64,000 nucleotides of DNA from an uncultured Gemmatimonadaceae bacterium (GTDB taxonomy: Bacteria > Gemmatimonadota > Gemmatimonadetes > Gemmatimonadales > Gemmatimonadaceae): the NCBI GenBank assembly GCA_963843845.1, contig CAWJMB010000002.1, positions 1,344,001-1,408,000 of the forward strand, in the 5' to 3' direction. Position numbers and translations under genes: made by a program. Every line of letters starts with the position of its first letter. The stretch's first letter is position 1. Shown one piece after another: positions 12,562 through 25,589 of this stretch. The notes beneath the pieces are model-generated. The model made no database searches, was not told the DNA's origin, and saw only the letters and a list, made by a program, of their open reading frames with translations.

Positions 12562-12677
12562 GCTGGCGACTAGAGCGCAGGGGCCACACCCGTTCCCATC
12601 CCGAACACGGCCGTTAAGCCCTGCAGCGCCGATGGTACTCCGCCCGAGAGGGCGCGGGAGAGTAGGCCGTCGCCGGC
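12562..12677 (+). rRNA. rrf: 5S ribosomal RNA
   Basis: cccgttcccatcccgaacacgg...gccgatggtact...gggagagtagg with paired ends. Confidence 0.97.
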
Positions 12678-12684
12678 ACCCCTC

Positions 12685-12725
12685 ACGAGCGGGTCATCCT
12701 TCATTTGGATGGCCCGCTCGTTTGT
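12685..12725 (+). terminator. rRNA unit terminator hairpin
   Basis: acgagcgggtcatcc...ggatggcccgctcgt followed by ttgt. Confidence 0.75.
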
Positions 12726-12756
12726 CGTTGCAGGTCGACGCACGCTCCTTGCCCTA

Positions 12757-13560
12757 GTGGTGGACGTGCCCTCTCTCCTACTGCCTTTCGCGGGCGCCGT
12801 ATCCGGCGCCGCCATCGCCGTCCAACGCCACCGCCGACTCCGCGGTGAACGCCTGGCGGCCGCTACGTTCGAGACGCTGCTCAACGCGATCGACGCCAAC
12901 GACGCCCTCACCGGCGCCCACGTGCGTCGCGTCGCCGCGTACGCCCTGGTTCTGGCCGATGCGATCGAACTGCCCACCCACGTGCGACGCGACGTCGAAC
13001 GCGTCGCACTATTTCACGACATCGGGAAACTGCACGAAGCACTGTTCGACATCATCCACGACGACGAGGACTTGACGCCGGCCGCCCGGCGGGAAATCGC
13101 GACGCACCCCCAGAAGGGCGCCGACGTGCTCGCGCCGCTCGCCGCGTTCTACCCGGAACTTCCTGAGGGCGTGCTCGCGCATCACGAGCGATGGGACGGC
13201 CGTGGCTACCCGCGAAAGCTTCGTGGCGAGAAGATTCCGATCACGAGTCGCGTCGTCGCGATCGTAGACACGTTCGATGCGATCACGGCGTCCCGTCGCT
13301 ATCACAAAGGGGAGAACGTAAAGCGAGCGCTCGACGTGATTCGCGACGGTCGCGGCGCGCAGTTCGACCCAACGCTCGTCGATGTCTTTCTCGAACCCGA
13401 GGTGCAGCGCTGTATCGCCGCAGTCACCAAGGCCAAGATCAAGCCACCGCGACGTCACAATCGTCGCCACTCAACGGAGCGCGGGGCGCCGGACGTGAGC
13501 TTTCGCTGGCGTGAGCGCGTGGCTCCCAGAGAGGCCGCGCGGACCGACGGCGCCGCCTAA
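12757..13560 (+). CDS. HD-GYP domain phosphodiesterase with N-terminal hydrophobic anchor
   Basis: HVRRVA, LFHDIGK, HHERWDGRGYP, VDTFDAIT, QFDP; start uncertain. Confidence 0.9.
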   Translation: MVDVPSLLLPFAGAVSGAAIAVQRHRRLRGERLAAATFETLLNAIDANDALTGAHVRRVAAYALVLADAIELPTHVRRDVERVALFHDIGKLHEALFDIIHDDEDLTPAARREIATHPQKGADVLAPLAAFYPELPEGVLAHHERWDGRGYPRKLRGEKIPITSRVVAIVDTFDAITASRRYHKGENVKRALDVIRDGRGAQFDPTLVDVFLEPEVQRCIAAVTKAKIKPPRRHNRRHSTERGAPDVSFRWRERVAPREAARTDGAA

Positions 13561-13576
13561 CGCCGCGTCGGCGACC

Positions 13577-14590
13577 CTAACGCCGTCCGATGGAGTCGCG
13601 CGCCCGCCGCGCCGCACGCACGGCGGCCTCGTGCTCGGCGAACGTCGTTCTGAACTCGTGATGGCCGTCCGGATGCGCGACGAAGTACAGGTGCGGCACG
13701 TTAGCCGGGCGTACGGCCGCCTCGAGGCTCGGTATACCCGGCGATCCGATCGGACCAGGGGGAAGGCCGGCGACGCGATACGTGTTGTACGGTGAGTCGA
13801 TCTCTAGATCCTTGTAGAGCACGCGCGCCACGTGTCGGCCGAGCGAGTACTGCACGGTCGGATCGGCCTGCAGTCGCATCCCTCGCCGTAGCCGGTTGTA
13901 GTACACGGCGGCGATGATCGGACGCTCTTCCGGCTTACGTGCCTCGCGCTCGACAATCGACGCGAGGGTCACGGCCTGGTGACGGGAGAGCGACAGCCTC
14001 TCGAGATCGGCGTTCCATGCTGGCTGCCACGCGAGCTCGAAGCGTTCGATCATCGCCCGAATCGCCTGGCGTGCGGTCGTGCCGAGGTTGAACGTGTACG
14101 TCGCGGGAAAGAGGTATCCCTCGAGGGAGCTGCTCGGGATGGAGAGCCGATTCAGCAGCGCGGTGTCGCGTGCGGCGGCGTCGACCGAGTCGAGCGGCAC
14201 TTCGAGCACGCGCGCGAGCTGCGCCGCGATCTGCCTCAGCTCCCATCCTTCGACGACCGTGATCACGCGCACGAGTCCACGCCCCGAGACGAGCGCGTCG
14301 ACGACCTCGTCGTAGGCGGCGCTCGGCGCGAACTGATAGATCCCCGGTTTGATCGCGCGATCGTTGCCAGTGAGCTTCGCGTATAACCGAAAGAGGAGCG
14401 GCGAGCGAATGACGCCCTGCGCCCCGAGCGAGTCTGCGGCGACTCGGAACGATGCGCCGCGTGGAATGGTCACACGGCCGGTTCCGCTTCCCGGACGGGT
14501 GAGGACAGCGATCGCGCCGATCGCGATCAGCGTGACGACCGCGGCGACCGCGAGCGCGCGTCGCATGCTGCGGCGTCGCTTAGTCGGCAT
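13577..14590 (-). CDS. mltG: Endolytic transglycosylase MltG
   Basis: N-terminal TM, LEGYLFPATY, LASIVERE, LQADPTVQY, SPYNTY, GLPPGPI. Confidence 0.95.
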   Translation of the reverse strand: MPTKRRRSMRRALAVAAVVTLIAIGAIAVLTRPGSGTGRVTIPRGASFRVAADSLGAQGVIRSPLLFRLYAKLTGNDRAIKPGIYQFAPSAAYDEVVDALVSGRGLVRVITVVEGWELRQIAAQLARVLEVPLDSVDAAARDTALLNRLSIPSSSLEGYLFPATYTFNLGTTARQAIRAMIERFELAWQPAWNADLERLSLSRHQAVTLASIVEREARKPEERPIIAAVYYNRLRRGMRLQADPTVQYSLGRHVARVLYKDLEIDSPYNTYRVAGLPPGPIGSPGIPSLEAAVRPANVPHLYFVAHPDGHHEFRTTFAEHEAAVRAARRARDSIGRR

Positions 14591-15029
14591 CCGGGAGTGA
14601 CAGGGCGTGCTGCAGCAGTACGGTCGCTGCCACCGCGTCCACGTCTCCCTTGCGGCCCCGCGTCGTTCCACCGAGTGCCTGAATCGCGCGCAACGCGGCG
14701 GCGGTCGTGAACCGCTCGTCGACGAGGCGCGCCGGCAGACCGGTGCGCTTCGTCAGCTGCGTCGCGATGGTGCGCGCCTCGAGAGAGCGCGGCGTGTCGT
14801 CGCCGTTGCCGTCGAGCGGAAGCCCGACGACGAAGCCACGCGCCTCGAGGGCCTCGGCACGCCGAATCACCTCGGCGATCGGGATGCGCTTGCCGGCACG
14901 GCGGACGATGAACCCGACGGGTGAGGCGATCATGCCGGTCGGGTCGCTGATCGCGAGCCCGATGCGTTTCTCGCCGTGGTCGACCGCGAGCAGCCGTCCA
15001 CGCGGCGCACGCTCCGACGTCGCCGTCAC
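14580..15029 (-). CDS. ruvX: YqgF/RuvX family nuclease
   Basis: [33 protein letters not shown]. Confidence 0.95.
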   Translation of the reverse strand: MTATSERAPRGRLLAVDHGEKRIGLAISDPTGMIASPVGFIVRRAGKRIPIAEVIRRAEALEARGFVVGLPLDGNGDDTPRSLEARTIATQLTKRTGLPARLVDERFTTAAALRAIQALGGTTRGRKGDVDAVAATVLLQHALSLPDAD

Positions 15030-16375
15030 TCCGCCATCGAGGCGAACAGCTCGCGGTTGCTTCGTGCGCGTCCCATTCGCGTGAGCAGGAAATTCATCGC
15101 ATCCTCGGACGACATGCCACCGAGAAAGTTGCGAAGGAGGTAGACGCGGTTCGTCTCGTCTTTGTCGAACAGCAACTCTTCGCGCCGCGTCCCCGACTTG
15201 TGCACGTCGACCGCGGGGAAGATGCGCCGCTCCGCGATCTTGCGGTCGAGCACGAGCTCCATGTTCCCGGTGCCCTTGAACTCCTCGAAGATGACTTCGT
15301 CGGCGCGCGACCCGGTCTCGACGAGCGCCGTCGCGACGATCGTCAGCGAGCCCCCGCCGTCGATGTTGCGCGCCGAGCCGAAGAAGCGCTTGGGCTTCTC
15401 GAGCGCCTTCGCATCGATGCCGCCGGAGAGCACCTTTCCGGAATGCGGCACGATCGTATTGTACGCGCGTGCGAGCCGTGTGATGGAGTCGAGGAGGATC
15501 ACGACGTCGCGCCCCGATTCCACGAGGCGCTTGGCCTTCTCGAGCACCATCTCCGCGACCTGCACGTGGCGGTCGGCTGGCTCGTCGAACGTGGAGCTGA
15601 TGACCTCCGCGCCTCGCACGTGCGCCTGCATGTCGGTGACTTCTTCCGGGCGCTCGTCGATGAGCAGAATGATGAGCGAGACGTCGGGCTGGTTCTCCAC
15701 GATCGCGTTCGCGAGCTGCTGCAAGAGTATCGTCTTTCCCGCACGCGGCGGCGCGACGATCAGCCCGCGCTGCCCCTTGCCCAACGGAGCGATGATGTCC
15801 CAGATGCGCATGCTGACCTCGCCGTTCGCCGGCTCGAGGCGGATGCGCTCATCAGGGTAGCGCGGCTTCAGGTTGTCGAACGCGACACGCTGCTTCGCCT
15901 TCTCCGGCTCGTTGCCGTTCACGCGCTCGACTTTCAGCAGCGCGAGATATTTCTCCCACTCTTTCGGCGGACGCACCTGGCCGACTACCGAGTCGCCCGT
16001 CCGGAGATCGAAGCGCTTGATCTGCGACGGAGAGACGTAGATGTCGTCCGGGCTGTAGAGATAGCTCCAGTCCTGGCTGCGCAGAAAGCCGTAGCCTTCC
16101 GGCAGCACCTCGAGCACCCCGTCGCCGCGCAGCAGCACGTCCGAGTCGAGCAGTCCCTGCTCGATGCGGAAGATGAGCTCCTGCTTTCGCAGCCCAGAGT
16201 GATTCGAGATGCTCAGCGAGTCGGCGAGCGCATGCAGCTCGGGGAGCGACTTGCGCTTCAGCTCGACGATGTCGACGAGAGGGGGCTCGGCCCCCGGAGA
16301 GACTTCACCGGGCACGGTCGGAACGGCGGAGGAGGGAGGACGACGTGCGGAGCGATGAGGCGATGGCTCGCGCAC
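15026..16375 (-). CDS. rho: Transcription termination factor Rho
   Basis: [57 protein letters not shown]; start uncertain. Confidence 0.97.
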   Translation of the reverse strand: MREPSPHRSARRPPSSAVPTVPGEVSPGAEPPLVDIVELKRKSLPELHALADSLSISNHSGLRKQELIFRIEQGLLDSDVLLRGDGVLEVLPEGYGFLRSQDWSYLYSPDDIYVSPSQIKRFDLRTGDSVVGQVRPPKEWEKYLALLKVERVNGNEPEKAKQRVAFDNLKPRYPDERIRLEPANGEVSMRIWDIIAPLGKGQRGLIVAPPRAGKTILLQQLANAIVENQPDVSLIILLIDERPEEVTDMQAHVRGAEVISSTFDEPADRHVQVAEMVLEKAKRLVESGRDVVILLDSITRLARAYNTIVPHSGKVLSGGIDAKALEKPKRFFGSARNIDGGGSLTIVATALVETGSRADEVIFEEFKGTGNMELVLDRKIAERRIFPAVDVHKSGTRREELLFDKDETNRVYLLRNFLGGMSSEDAMNFLLTRMGRARSNRELFASMAE

Positions 16376-16497
16376 CCGACCTGACGGGGGGTCGCCAGCG
16401 CGTCGAGGCGCGGCGCCGATCCCGGGACGACACGACGCTCAGGCGGCCGCCGCTGTCTGGAAGGGGATGCGAAAGTAAGTGCCGCTCGGAGAAGCGG

Positions 16498-17472
16498 TCA
16501 AGGAAACGGAAGGTAGCGCAGCGGGTTGCGCGCGAGATCGGTGAACAACCGATCCATCGCGGCGCGACTGCGCGCAATCTCGTAGACGATGGCCGAATCT
16601 CGTTGCAAACGGCCGGCCGTGCCGCGCGAACTCGCGAGGAGTTCCGCGGCAACGCCCAACTCCGTGCGCACTGACTGCACGTTGCGGAGCAGAGTCGAGT
16701 CGCGCCGGAAGCGTCCGATCGAGGTGTTCGGATCGGCGCCGCCGAGGAGCGCGAAGATCGAGTCCGCACGCGCTCTCGCCTGCTGCACGTAGGCCAGCGC
16801 GCCGCCGACTTCTCCGCGACGTCCCGGCCGGGCCGCGAGTCGCGACTGCAGCGTGCCGATCGACGCCATCGTCTGGGTCACGCCGGCGCGTGTCGCGTCG
16901 AGCCGTGCCCCACCGTTCAGTCCGAGTGCGCCAAGCGTGCTGTTCGCAGCGCGTAGTTGCGTCGAGAGCACTTCGAAGTTCGCGAGGATCGCCGGCAGCT
17001 CGCTCGACGCGGCGCGCATGTCGAGCCGCACGCGCTCGATGTCCTGACCAGCGGACGAGTGGAGTGTGTCCTGGTCAACGATGCGCGCCGCGCTGGGCGA
17101 GCCGATGCCGATGGCGACGACAGGAGCGCCGACGAGATTCCCGCCGGGCCGGATCTGCACAGACGCGTCGCGCCGAATGAAGTCCTGATACTTCGCCTGG
17201 ACTTTGACCGCGACGAGGACGCGCTCGGTGGTGTCGGCGGTCGGCGGGAGAAAGCGAACGTCTTCGACGACGCCGATCCGATCGCCGCCGAGCCAGACGT
17301 CGGAGCCGGCACTGAGGTCCCGTGCCTGCTGCACGGTCGCATAGAAGCGCAGCGGGGTCCCGTGCACGTCGCCGACACGCGCAAAGAGCAGCACGGCCGT
17401 GGCCGCCGCCGCGAGTGCGGCGAGCGCGAGCAGGCCAGGAGCGAGGTCGCGCCAGCGTTGAGTTCGGGACAC
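16498..17472 (-). CDS. MlaD/MCE family protein
   Basis: N-terminal TM, LSAGSDVWLGGDRIGVV MCE motif, helical C-terminus ending NPLRY. Confidence 0.8.
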   Translation of the reverse strand: MSRTQRWRDLAPGLLALAALAAAATAVLLFARVGDVHGTPLRFYATVQQARDLSAGSDVWLGGDRIGVVEDVRFLPPTADTTERVLVAVKVQAKYQDFIRRDASVQIRPGGNLVGAPVVAIGIGSPSAARIVDQDTLHSSAGQDIERVRLDMRAASSELPAILANFEVLSTQLRAANSTLGALGLNGGARLDATRAGVTQTMASIGTLQSRLAARPGRRGEVGGALAYVQQARARADSIFALLGGADPNTSIGRFRRDSTLLRNVQSVRTELGVAAELLASSRGTAGRLQRDSAIVYEIARSRAAMDRLFTDLARNPLRYLPFP

Positions 17473-17542
17473 AGGGCGCCAGATGGCAAGGCGCGGACCA
17501 CCAAACGAGCAGGGGACTGCCGGTTGGCAGCCCCCACGACAG

Positions 17543-17616
17543 CGCGCGTGATAGGATTCGAACCTATGACCTTCGGCTCCGGAGGCCGACGCTCTATCCA
17601 ACTGAGCTACACGCGC
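17543..17616 (-). tRNA. tRNA-Arg(CCG)
   Basis: Cloverleaf gcgcgtgtagctcagttggatagagc...ctCCGga...ggttcgaatcc. Confidence 0.95.
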
Positions 17617-17649
17617 AGATCGTTCGCGAACGAGTCCGAAAGTTACAAA

Positions 17650-17680
17650 CGCGAAACGGGCTCAGGTGAGCCCGTTCGCG
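17650..17680. other. Stem-loop between tRNA-Pro and tRNA-Arg(CCG)
   Basis: cgcgaaacgggctca-gg-tgagcccgttcgcg. Confidence 0.5.
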
Positions 17681-17687
17681 GTGGTAG

Positions 17688-17761
17688 TCGGGGCGACTGG
17701 ATTTGAACCAGCGACCTCCTGCTCCCGAAGCAGGCGCTCTACCGGGCTAAGCTACGCCCCG
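17688..17761 (-). tRNA. tRNA-Pro(CGG)
   Basis: cggggcgtagcttagcccggtagagc...ttCGGga...ggttcaaatcc. Confidence 0.95.
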
Positions 17762-17809
17762 ATTCTGTCGATGGAACTTCATGCGGTGAGTCCGGCGACT
17801 CACCAGTAA

Positions 17810-17883
17810 CGCGCCCAGAAGGACTCGAACCTCCAACCTTCTGATCCGTAGTCAGATGCTCTATCCAATTGAGCTATGGGCGC
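17810..17883 (-). tRNA. tRNA-Arg(ACG)
   Basis: gcgcccatagctcaattggatagagc...ctACGga...ggttcgagtcc. Confidence 0.95.
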
Positions 17884-17898
17884 CTGACGGAGTCCGAA

Positions 17899-17927
17899 AA
17901 AATATCCGCTCTGTCGGGGAAAGGCAA
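17899..17927 (-). promoter_or_regulatory. Putative promoter for the Arg-Pro-Arg tRNA unit
   Basis: Minus strand TTGCCT-17 nt-TATTTT. Confidence 0.55.
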
Positions 17928-17955
17928 CTGCCCCGCGAGGCGTCTCGCGGGGCAG
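17928..17955 (-). terminator. Hairpin after tRNA-Val
   Basis: ctgccccgcgag-gcgt-ctcgcggggcag. Confidence 0.6.
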
Positions 17956-17956
17956 A

Positions 17957-18030
17957 TGGGCGGTACAAGACTCGAACTTGTGACCTCCACGATGTCAACG
18001 TGGCGCTCTAACCAACTGAGCTAACCGCCC
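17957..18030 (-). tRNA. tRNA-Val(GAC)
   Basis: gggcggttagctcagttggttagagc...ttGACat...agttcgagtc. Confidence 0.95.
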
Positions 18031-18045
18031 GGTATGTCAATTTGA

Positions 18046-18118
18046 AGCGGGAAACGGGACTCGAACCCGCGACCCCAACCTTGGCAAGGTTGTGCTCTAC
18101 CAACTGAGCTATTCCCGC
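18046..18118 (-). tRNA. tRNA-Gly(GCC)
   Basis: gcgggaatagctcagttggtagagc...ttGCCaa...ggttcgagtcc. Confidence 0.95.
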
Positions 18119-18140
18119 ACACTGCACGCGAAGCCGGACA

Positions 18141-18213
<73 letters not shown>

Positions 18214-18276
18214 GGCTCGCCGAGGACGCGAAGGGAGAACCACAAGGGGTTCCCACGCGCCGCTCAGGAACCCGAA

Positions 18277-18305
18277 AGTCTATCCGGGGGTAGCTGACAT
18301 GTCAA
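18277..18305 (-). promoter_or_regulatory. Promoter for the Ala-Gly-Val tRNA unit
   Basis: Minus strand TTGACA-17 nt-TAGACT. Confidence 0.75.
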
Positions 18306-18555
18306 GCAACGCGGGGCTGGCGCTCCGACCGCAGGCCGGTATTTTGCACCGCGCCGCTCCGGGCGGTGTCGTTCAGCACGATGCACCGATGACGCGTACT
18401 TTCATCGCGACGCCCACCGTCCGCGCAGCCTGCGCGCGAAGGCGTCGGCGGTGCGAGCTACGCGTCGTCGTCCGTTGCTGTCGGTACGCTGCTCTCGACA
18501 TACCGCTGCATTCGTCATACTCCGACACGTCCGCCGTGTCTCACCGATACACTCG

Positions 18556-19443
18556 ATGACCGACGTCAAACGGAAGCGCCGCCGCGCTGCACCCGCCGGG
18601 ATCGCTCCCAGCGAGCCGGAGCGCGACATCCTCGATCAATATCTCTACGAGGTCAGCACCTACCCGCTGCTCAAGGGCGACGAGGAGCTCGGGCTCGCCC
18701 GGAAGATCCGCGCTGGGGACCAGGACGCGCTGCAGGAATTGGTGAAGCGGAACCTTCGCTTCGTCATCTCGGTCGCGAAGAAGTATCAGAATCGCGGGCT
18801 GCCGCTCATCGACCTGATCGGGGAGGGGAACGTCGGCCTGCTCACGGCCGCGCGGAAGTTCGATCCAGACCAGGGCGTCAAGTTCATCTCGTACGCGGTC
18901 TGGTGGATCCGTCAGGCGATCCTCAGCTCGCTCGCGCGGCAGGGGCGCACGGTGCGCGTGCCGCTCAACCGCACGGCCGATCTGTCGCGCATCATCAAGG
19001 CGAGCGAGATCCTGCGTCAGAAGCTGCGCCGCGAGCCGAGCCCGGAAGAGCTGGCGCAGCTGACGGGCCTGTCGGTCGACGTCGTGCAGTCGCTCGCCGC
19101 GCTCAACACGGGCGACGTGCGCCTCGACGCGCCGATGGACCCGGAAGGCGACCGGTCGCTCATCGAGCGGTTCGTGGCCGACGAGATGCCGGACACGGAA
19201 GAAGAGGCGATGAACCGCTTCCTCACCGACGAGATCGAGGCGGCGCTCAACACGCTTCCGCCGCGTGACGCGAAGGTGCTGCGCCTGTACTTCGGACTCG
19301 AGGGTGGACGCGAGCACACGCTCGAAGAGATCGGCTCGATGCTCGGCGTCACGCGCGAGCGGGTGCGTCAGCTGCGGGACCGGGCACTCAAGCGGTTGCG
19401 CGAAGGGGACGTCGGGCGCGCGCTCGGCAGCTTCGCGGCGTGA
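18556..19443 (+). CDS. RpoD/RpoS-like sigma-70 factor lacking region 1.1
   Basis: NLRFVISVAKKY, DLIGEGNVGL, KFISYAVWWIRQAI, TLEEIG...VTRERVRQ. Confidence 0.93.
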   Translation: MTDVKRKRRRAAPAGIAPSEPERDILDQYLYEVSTYPLLKGDEELGLARKIRAGDQDALQELVKRNLRFVISVAKKYQNRGLPLIDLIGEGNVGLLTAARKFDPDQGVKFISYAVWWIRQAILSSLARQGRTVRVPLNRTADLSRIIKASEILRQKLRREPSPEELAQLTGLSVDVVQSLAALNTGDVRLDAPMDPEGDRSLIERFVADEMPDTEEEAMNRFLTDEIEAALNTLPPRDAKVLRLYFGLEGGREHTLEEIGSMLGVTRERVRQLRDRALKRLREGDVGRALGSFAA

Positions 19444-19580
19444 GCGCGTAGCACCACACGCGACGGCGTCTCCGGCACGGCTAGATTATCGCAGGAGCGA
19501 GGGCGGGCCCGACCGGGTTCGCCCTCTTTCCGTGGCCCTGACGGCCGACTTGATTCACGAGGCCGCCCTTCGCGCAACGG

Positions 19581-20426
19581 ATGATCCAGCTCAAGAACGT
19601 TTCCAAGGCTTTCGGGCCGAAGAAGGTGTTGCAGGGGTTCACGCTCGACGTGCCCGACGGGGAGACGATGGTCATCATCGGCTACTCCGGCACGGGGAAG
19701 AGCGTCGCCATCAAGCACATCGTCGGGCTGCTGGAGCCGGACTCCGGCGAGGTGTGGGTCGACGGGCAGCGCGTCGACACGATGCCGCGCCGCGAGCTGT
19801 ATGCGATGCGCTCGAAGATCGGGTACGTGTTCCAGTTCGCCGCGCTGTTCGACTCGTTGACGATCGGCGAGAACGTCGCGATGGGGCTGCGGAAGCAGGG
19901 CACGCTGAGCGACGACGAGATCCGCGGCCGAGTGGGCGAGGCGCTCGATCTGGTCGATCTTCCAGGAGTCGAGGCGCGTTTTCCGGCGGAGCTGTCGGGC
20001 GGCATGCGGAAGCGCGTCGGGATCGCGCGCGCGATTGCCTTGCGGCCGAAGTACATCCTGTACGACGAGCCGACGACCGGGCTCGACCCAGTCACGAGCG
20101 CGGTCATCGACCAGCTGATGGGCCGCATGCGTGAGAAGCTCGGCGTCACCGGCATCGTGATCACCCACGACATGCGGAGCGCGTACACGGTGGGGACGCG
20201 CATCGCGATGCTGTACCAGGGGCGCGTGCGGTGGGAAGGCACCGTCGACGAGATCCACGACACGACCGACCCGATCGTCCGGCAGTTCATCGAAGGGAAG
20301 CCGACGATCGAGAACGACGCCACAGGGGAGCACGCGATCGTCGCCGGGTACGCGCCTGGCGCGCGGACGTCGGTCGACGACGACGAGGACGACCTGCCGG
20401 CCGCCGCGCCCGCGCGTCGTGGGTGA
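19581..20426 (+). CDS. MlaF/Mkl-type ABC transporter ATP-binding protein
   Basis: GYSGTGKS, FQFAALFDSLT, ELSGGMRKRVGIARA, YDEPTTGLDP. Confidence 0.9.
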   Translation: MIQLKNVSKAFGPKKVLQGFTLDVPDGETMVIIGYSGTGKSVAIKHIVGLLEPDSGEVWVDGQRVDTMPRRELYAMRSKIGYVFQFAALFDSLTIGENVAMGLRKQGTLSDDEIRGRVGEALDLVDLPGVEARFPAELSGGMRKRVGIARAIALRPKYILYDEPTTGLDPVTSAVIDQLMGRMREKLGVTGIVITHDMRSAYTVGTRIAMLYQGRVRWEGTVDEIHDTTDPIVRQFIEGKPTIENDATGEHAIVAGYAPGARTSVDDDEDDLPAAAPARRG

Positions 20427-20448
20427 GCACGAGCCCGAGCGCGCGGGG

Positions 20449-20916
20449 ATGCCGCGCGCTCGCGAAGAGATCTCCGCGGGCGGCGTCGTGTTCCGGCTCG
20501 TGCGTGACTCAGACGGGAGCGCACACCCGGTCTACTTGCTGATCCGCGACAGCTACCGGAATTGGGGCTTCCCGAAAGGCCATCTCGAGGACGGTGAAGG
20601 GCCCGAGTGCGCCGCGGTGCGCGAGGTCGGTGAGGAGACGGGGCTCTGCGTCGTGGCCGTCGAGGGGGTGATCGACACGATCGACTGGTACTTCCGCTTC
20701 CGTGGGCGGTTGATCCACAAGGTCTGCCACTTCTTCCTCATGCGGAGCGAGTCGTCGACGACCTGTCCCCAGCGCGACGAGGGAATCACGGCATGCCGCT
20801 GGGCACCGTTCGAGGAAGCGGTGACACTCGTGTCGTATGCGAACGCGCGGACGGTGCTGCAGCAGGCCGATCGGATGGTCCGCGCGCTTCCCGCACTATC
20901 GCCCCTCGACCGCTGA
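20449..20916 (+). CDS. Nudix hydrolase (Ap4A hydrolase-like)
   Basis: SAGGVV and Nudix box [27 protein letters not shown]; start could be 20419. Confidence 0.88.
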   Translation: MPRAREEISAGGVVFRLVRDSDGSAHPVYLLIRDSYRNWGFPKGHLEDGEGPECAAVREVGEETGLCVVAVEGVIDTIDWYFRFRGRLIHKVCHFFLMRSESSTTCPQRDEGITACRWAPFEEAVTLVSYANARTVLQQADRMVRALPALSPLDR

Positions 20917-20952
20917 TGCGCCCGTCCGTCGCCGGTTGAATGGACGGGGCAC

Positions 20953-20970
20953 TTGTGATTATTTTCACAA
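20953..20970. promoter_or_regulatory. Rex-like (or CRP-like) palindromic operator upstream of atpA
   Basis: TTGTGATTATTTTCACAA has one mismatch to the Rex consensus TTGTGAA-N4-TTCACAA and overlaps a putative TTGAAT-18-TATTTT promoter. Confidence 0.65.
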
Positions 20971-21004
20971 GCTGCCCCGTATCCGTTCATTTCCTGCTCA
21001 CGCC

Positions 21005-22582
<1,578 letters not shown>

Positions 22583-22588
22583 TCCGTC

Positions 22589-23442
22589 ATGGCCAAAGGA
22601 CGCGAGCTGAAGGGCCGCATCAAATCCGTCGAGAACACGCGGAAGATCACGCGCACGATGGAGATGGTGGCGACCTCGAAAATGAAACGGGCACAGGACC
22701 GCGTGCAGGCGGCGCGCCCGTACGCCGCCGCGTTGGGCGAGGTGCTGTCGCGCCTGTACTCACCGGAGCTGGCAGAGCGCTTTCCGCTGCTGCGGCAGCC
22801 TGCGCAGCAGCGCCGCGTCGCCGTGCTGCTCCTCACGTCGAACCGCGGGCTCGCCGGCGGGTTCAACGCGAACCTCATCAAGGAGGCGCGGTCGACGCTC
22901 GCTGCGCTCGAGGGACGCCGAGCCGAGGTCGAGCTGCACGTCGTCGGACGGAAAGGGATCGGCTTCTTCAAGTACGTCGGCCGCACACTCGCGTCGCAGC
23001 GGTCGGATCTCACGGACCGGCCGAGCGCGGCCGACGCGGCGTCGCTCGTCGACGAGCTGATGGCGCGCTTCGTCGGCGGTGAGCTGGACGGCGTGCACGT
23101 CATCTACTCGCGCTTCCTCGGCGCCCTCTCCACCCCGCCGACGACGTTGCAGGTGCTCCCGGTGCAGCCACCGAGCAGCGCCGACGCGGCGCAGGCCCGC
23201 GATTACATCCTCGCGCCGTCGGCCGAGGCGATCCTCACCGAGCTGTTGCCGAGCTACGTGCGCAACGCGGTCTATCGCGCGCTCGCCGAGAACGAGGCGA
23301 GCTTCCAGAGCTCGCAGCGGAACGCGATGAAGAGCGCGACCGACAATGCGACCGAGCTGTTGAACGTCTACAAGCGCACGTACAACCGCGCCCGCCAGGC
23401 GCAGATCACGCAGGAGATCGCGGAGATCGTCGGCGGCGCCGC

Positions 23443-23452
<10 letters not shown>
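22589..23452 (+). CDS. atpG: ATP synthase F1 gamma subunit
   Basis: KITRTMEMVA, AMKSATDNA, RARQAQITQEIAEIVGGA. Confidence 0.98.
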
Positions 23453-25276
<1,824 letters not shown>

Positions 25277-25314
25277 GACGGCGTGGTGTGGCCCGGTGTG
25301 GCCCGTCGTCTGCG

Positions 25315-25348
25315 ATGCGGCGCCGAGGGAGCTCCCTCGGCGCCGCAT
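25315..25348. terminator. Perfect 34-bp palindrome after atpC
   Basis: atgcggcgccgagggag|ctccctcggcgccgcat. Confidence 0.65.
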
Positions 25349-25589
25349 TCGTCGTCCGGGGGCGCTCCGAACGCCGGCGAGTGCCGCGCTCGCGGAACCG
25401 AACGGCCCCGGCGTTCGTTGGAGCGCGAAAGCTCAGCAGTGTGAGGAATGGGTGACCGGTGGTCTGCGGATCGGGTCTTCCCTTCTCGCCGCTGGCGAGT
25501 GTGCGCGGCACGATCGGAAGTGTGTCGTGGGTAGATCGTGAGTACGTGGTGAGCAGGTCGTGGGTTCGTCATTCCGAGAGGAGGATGCA

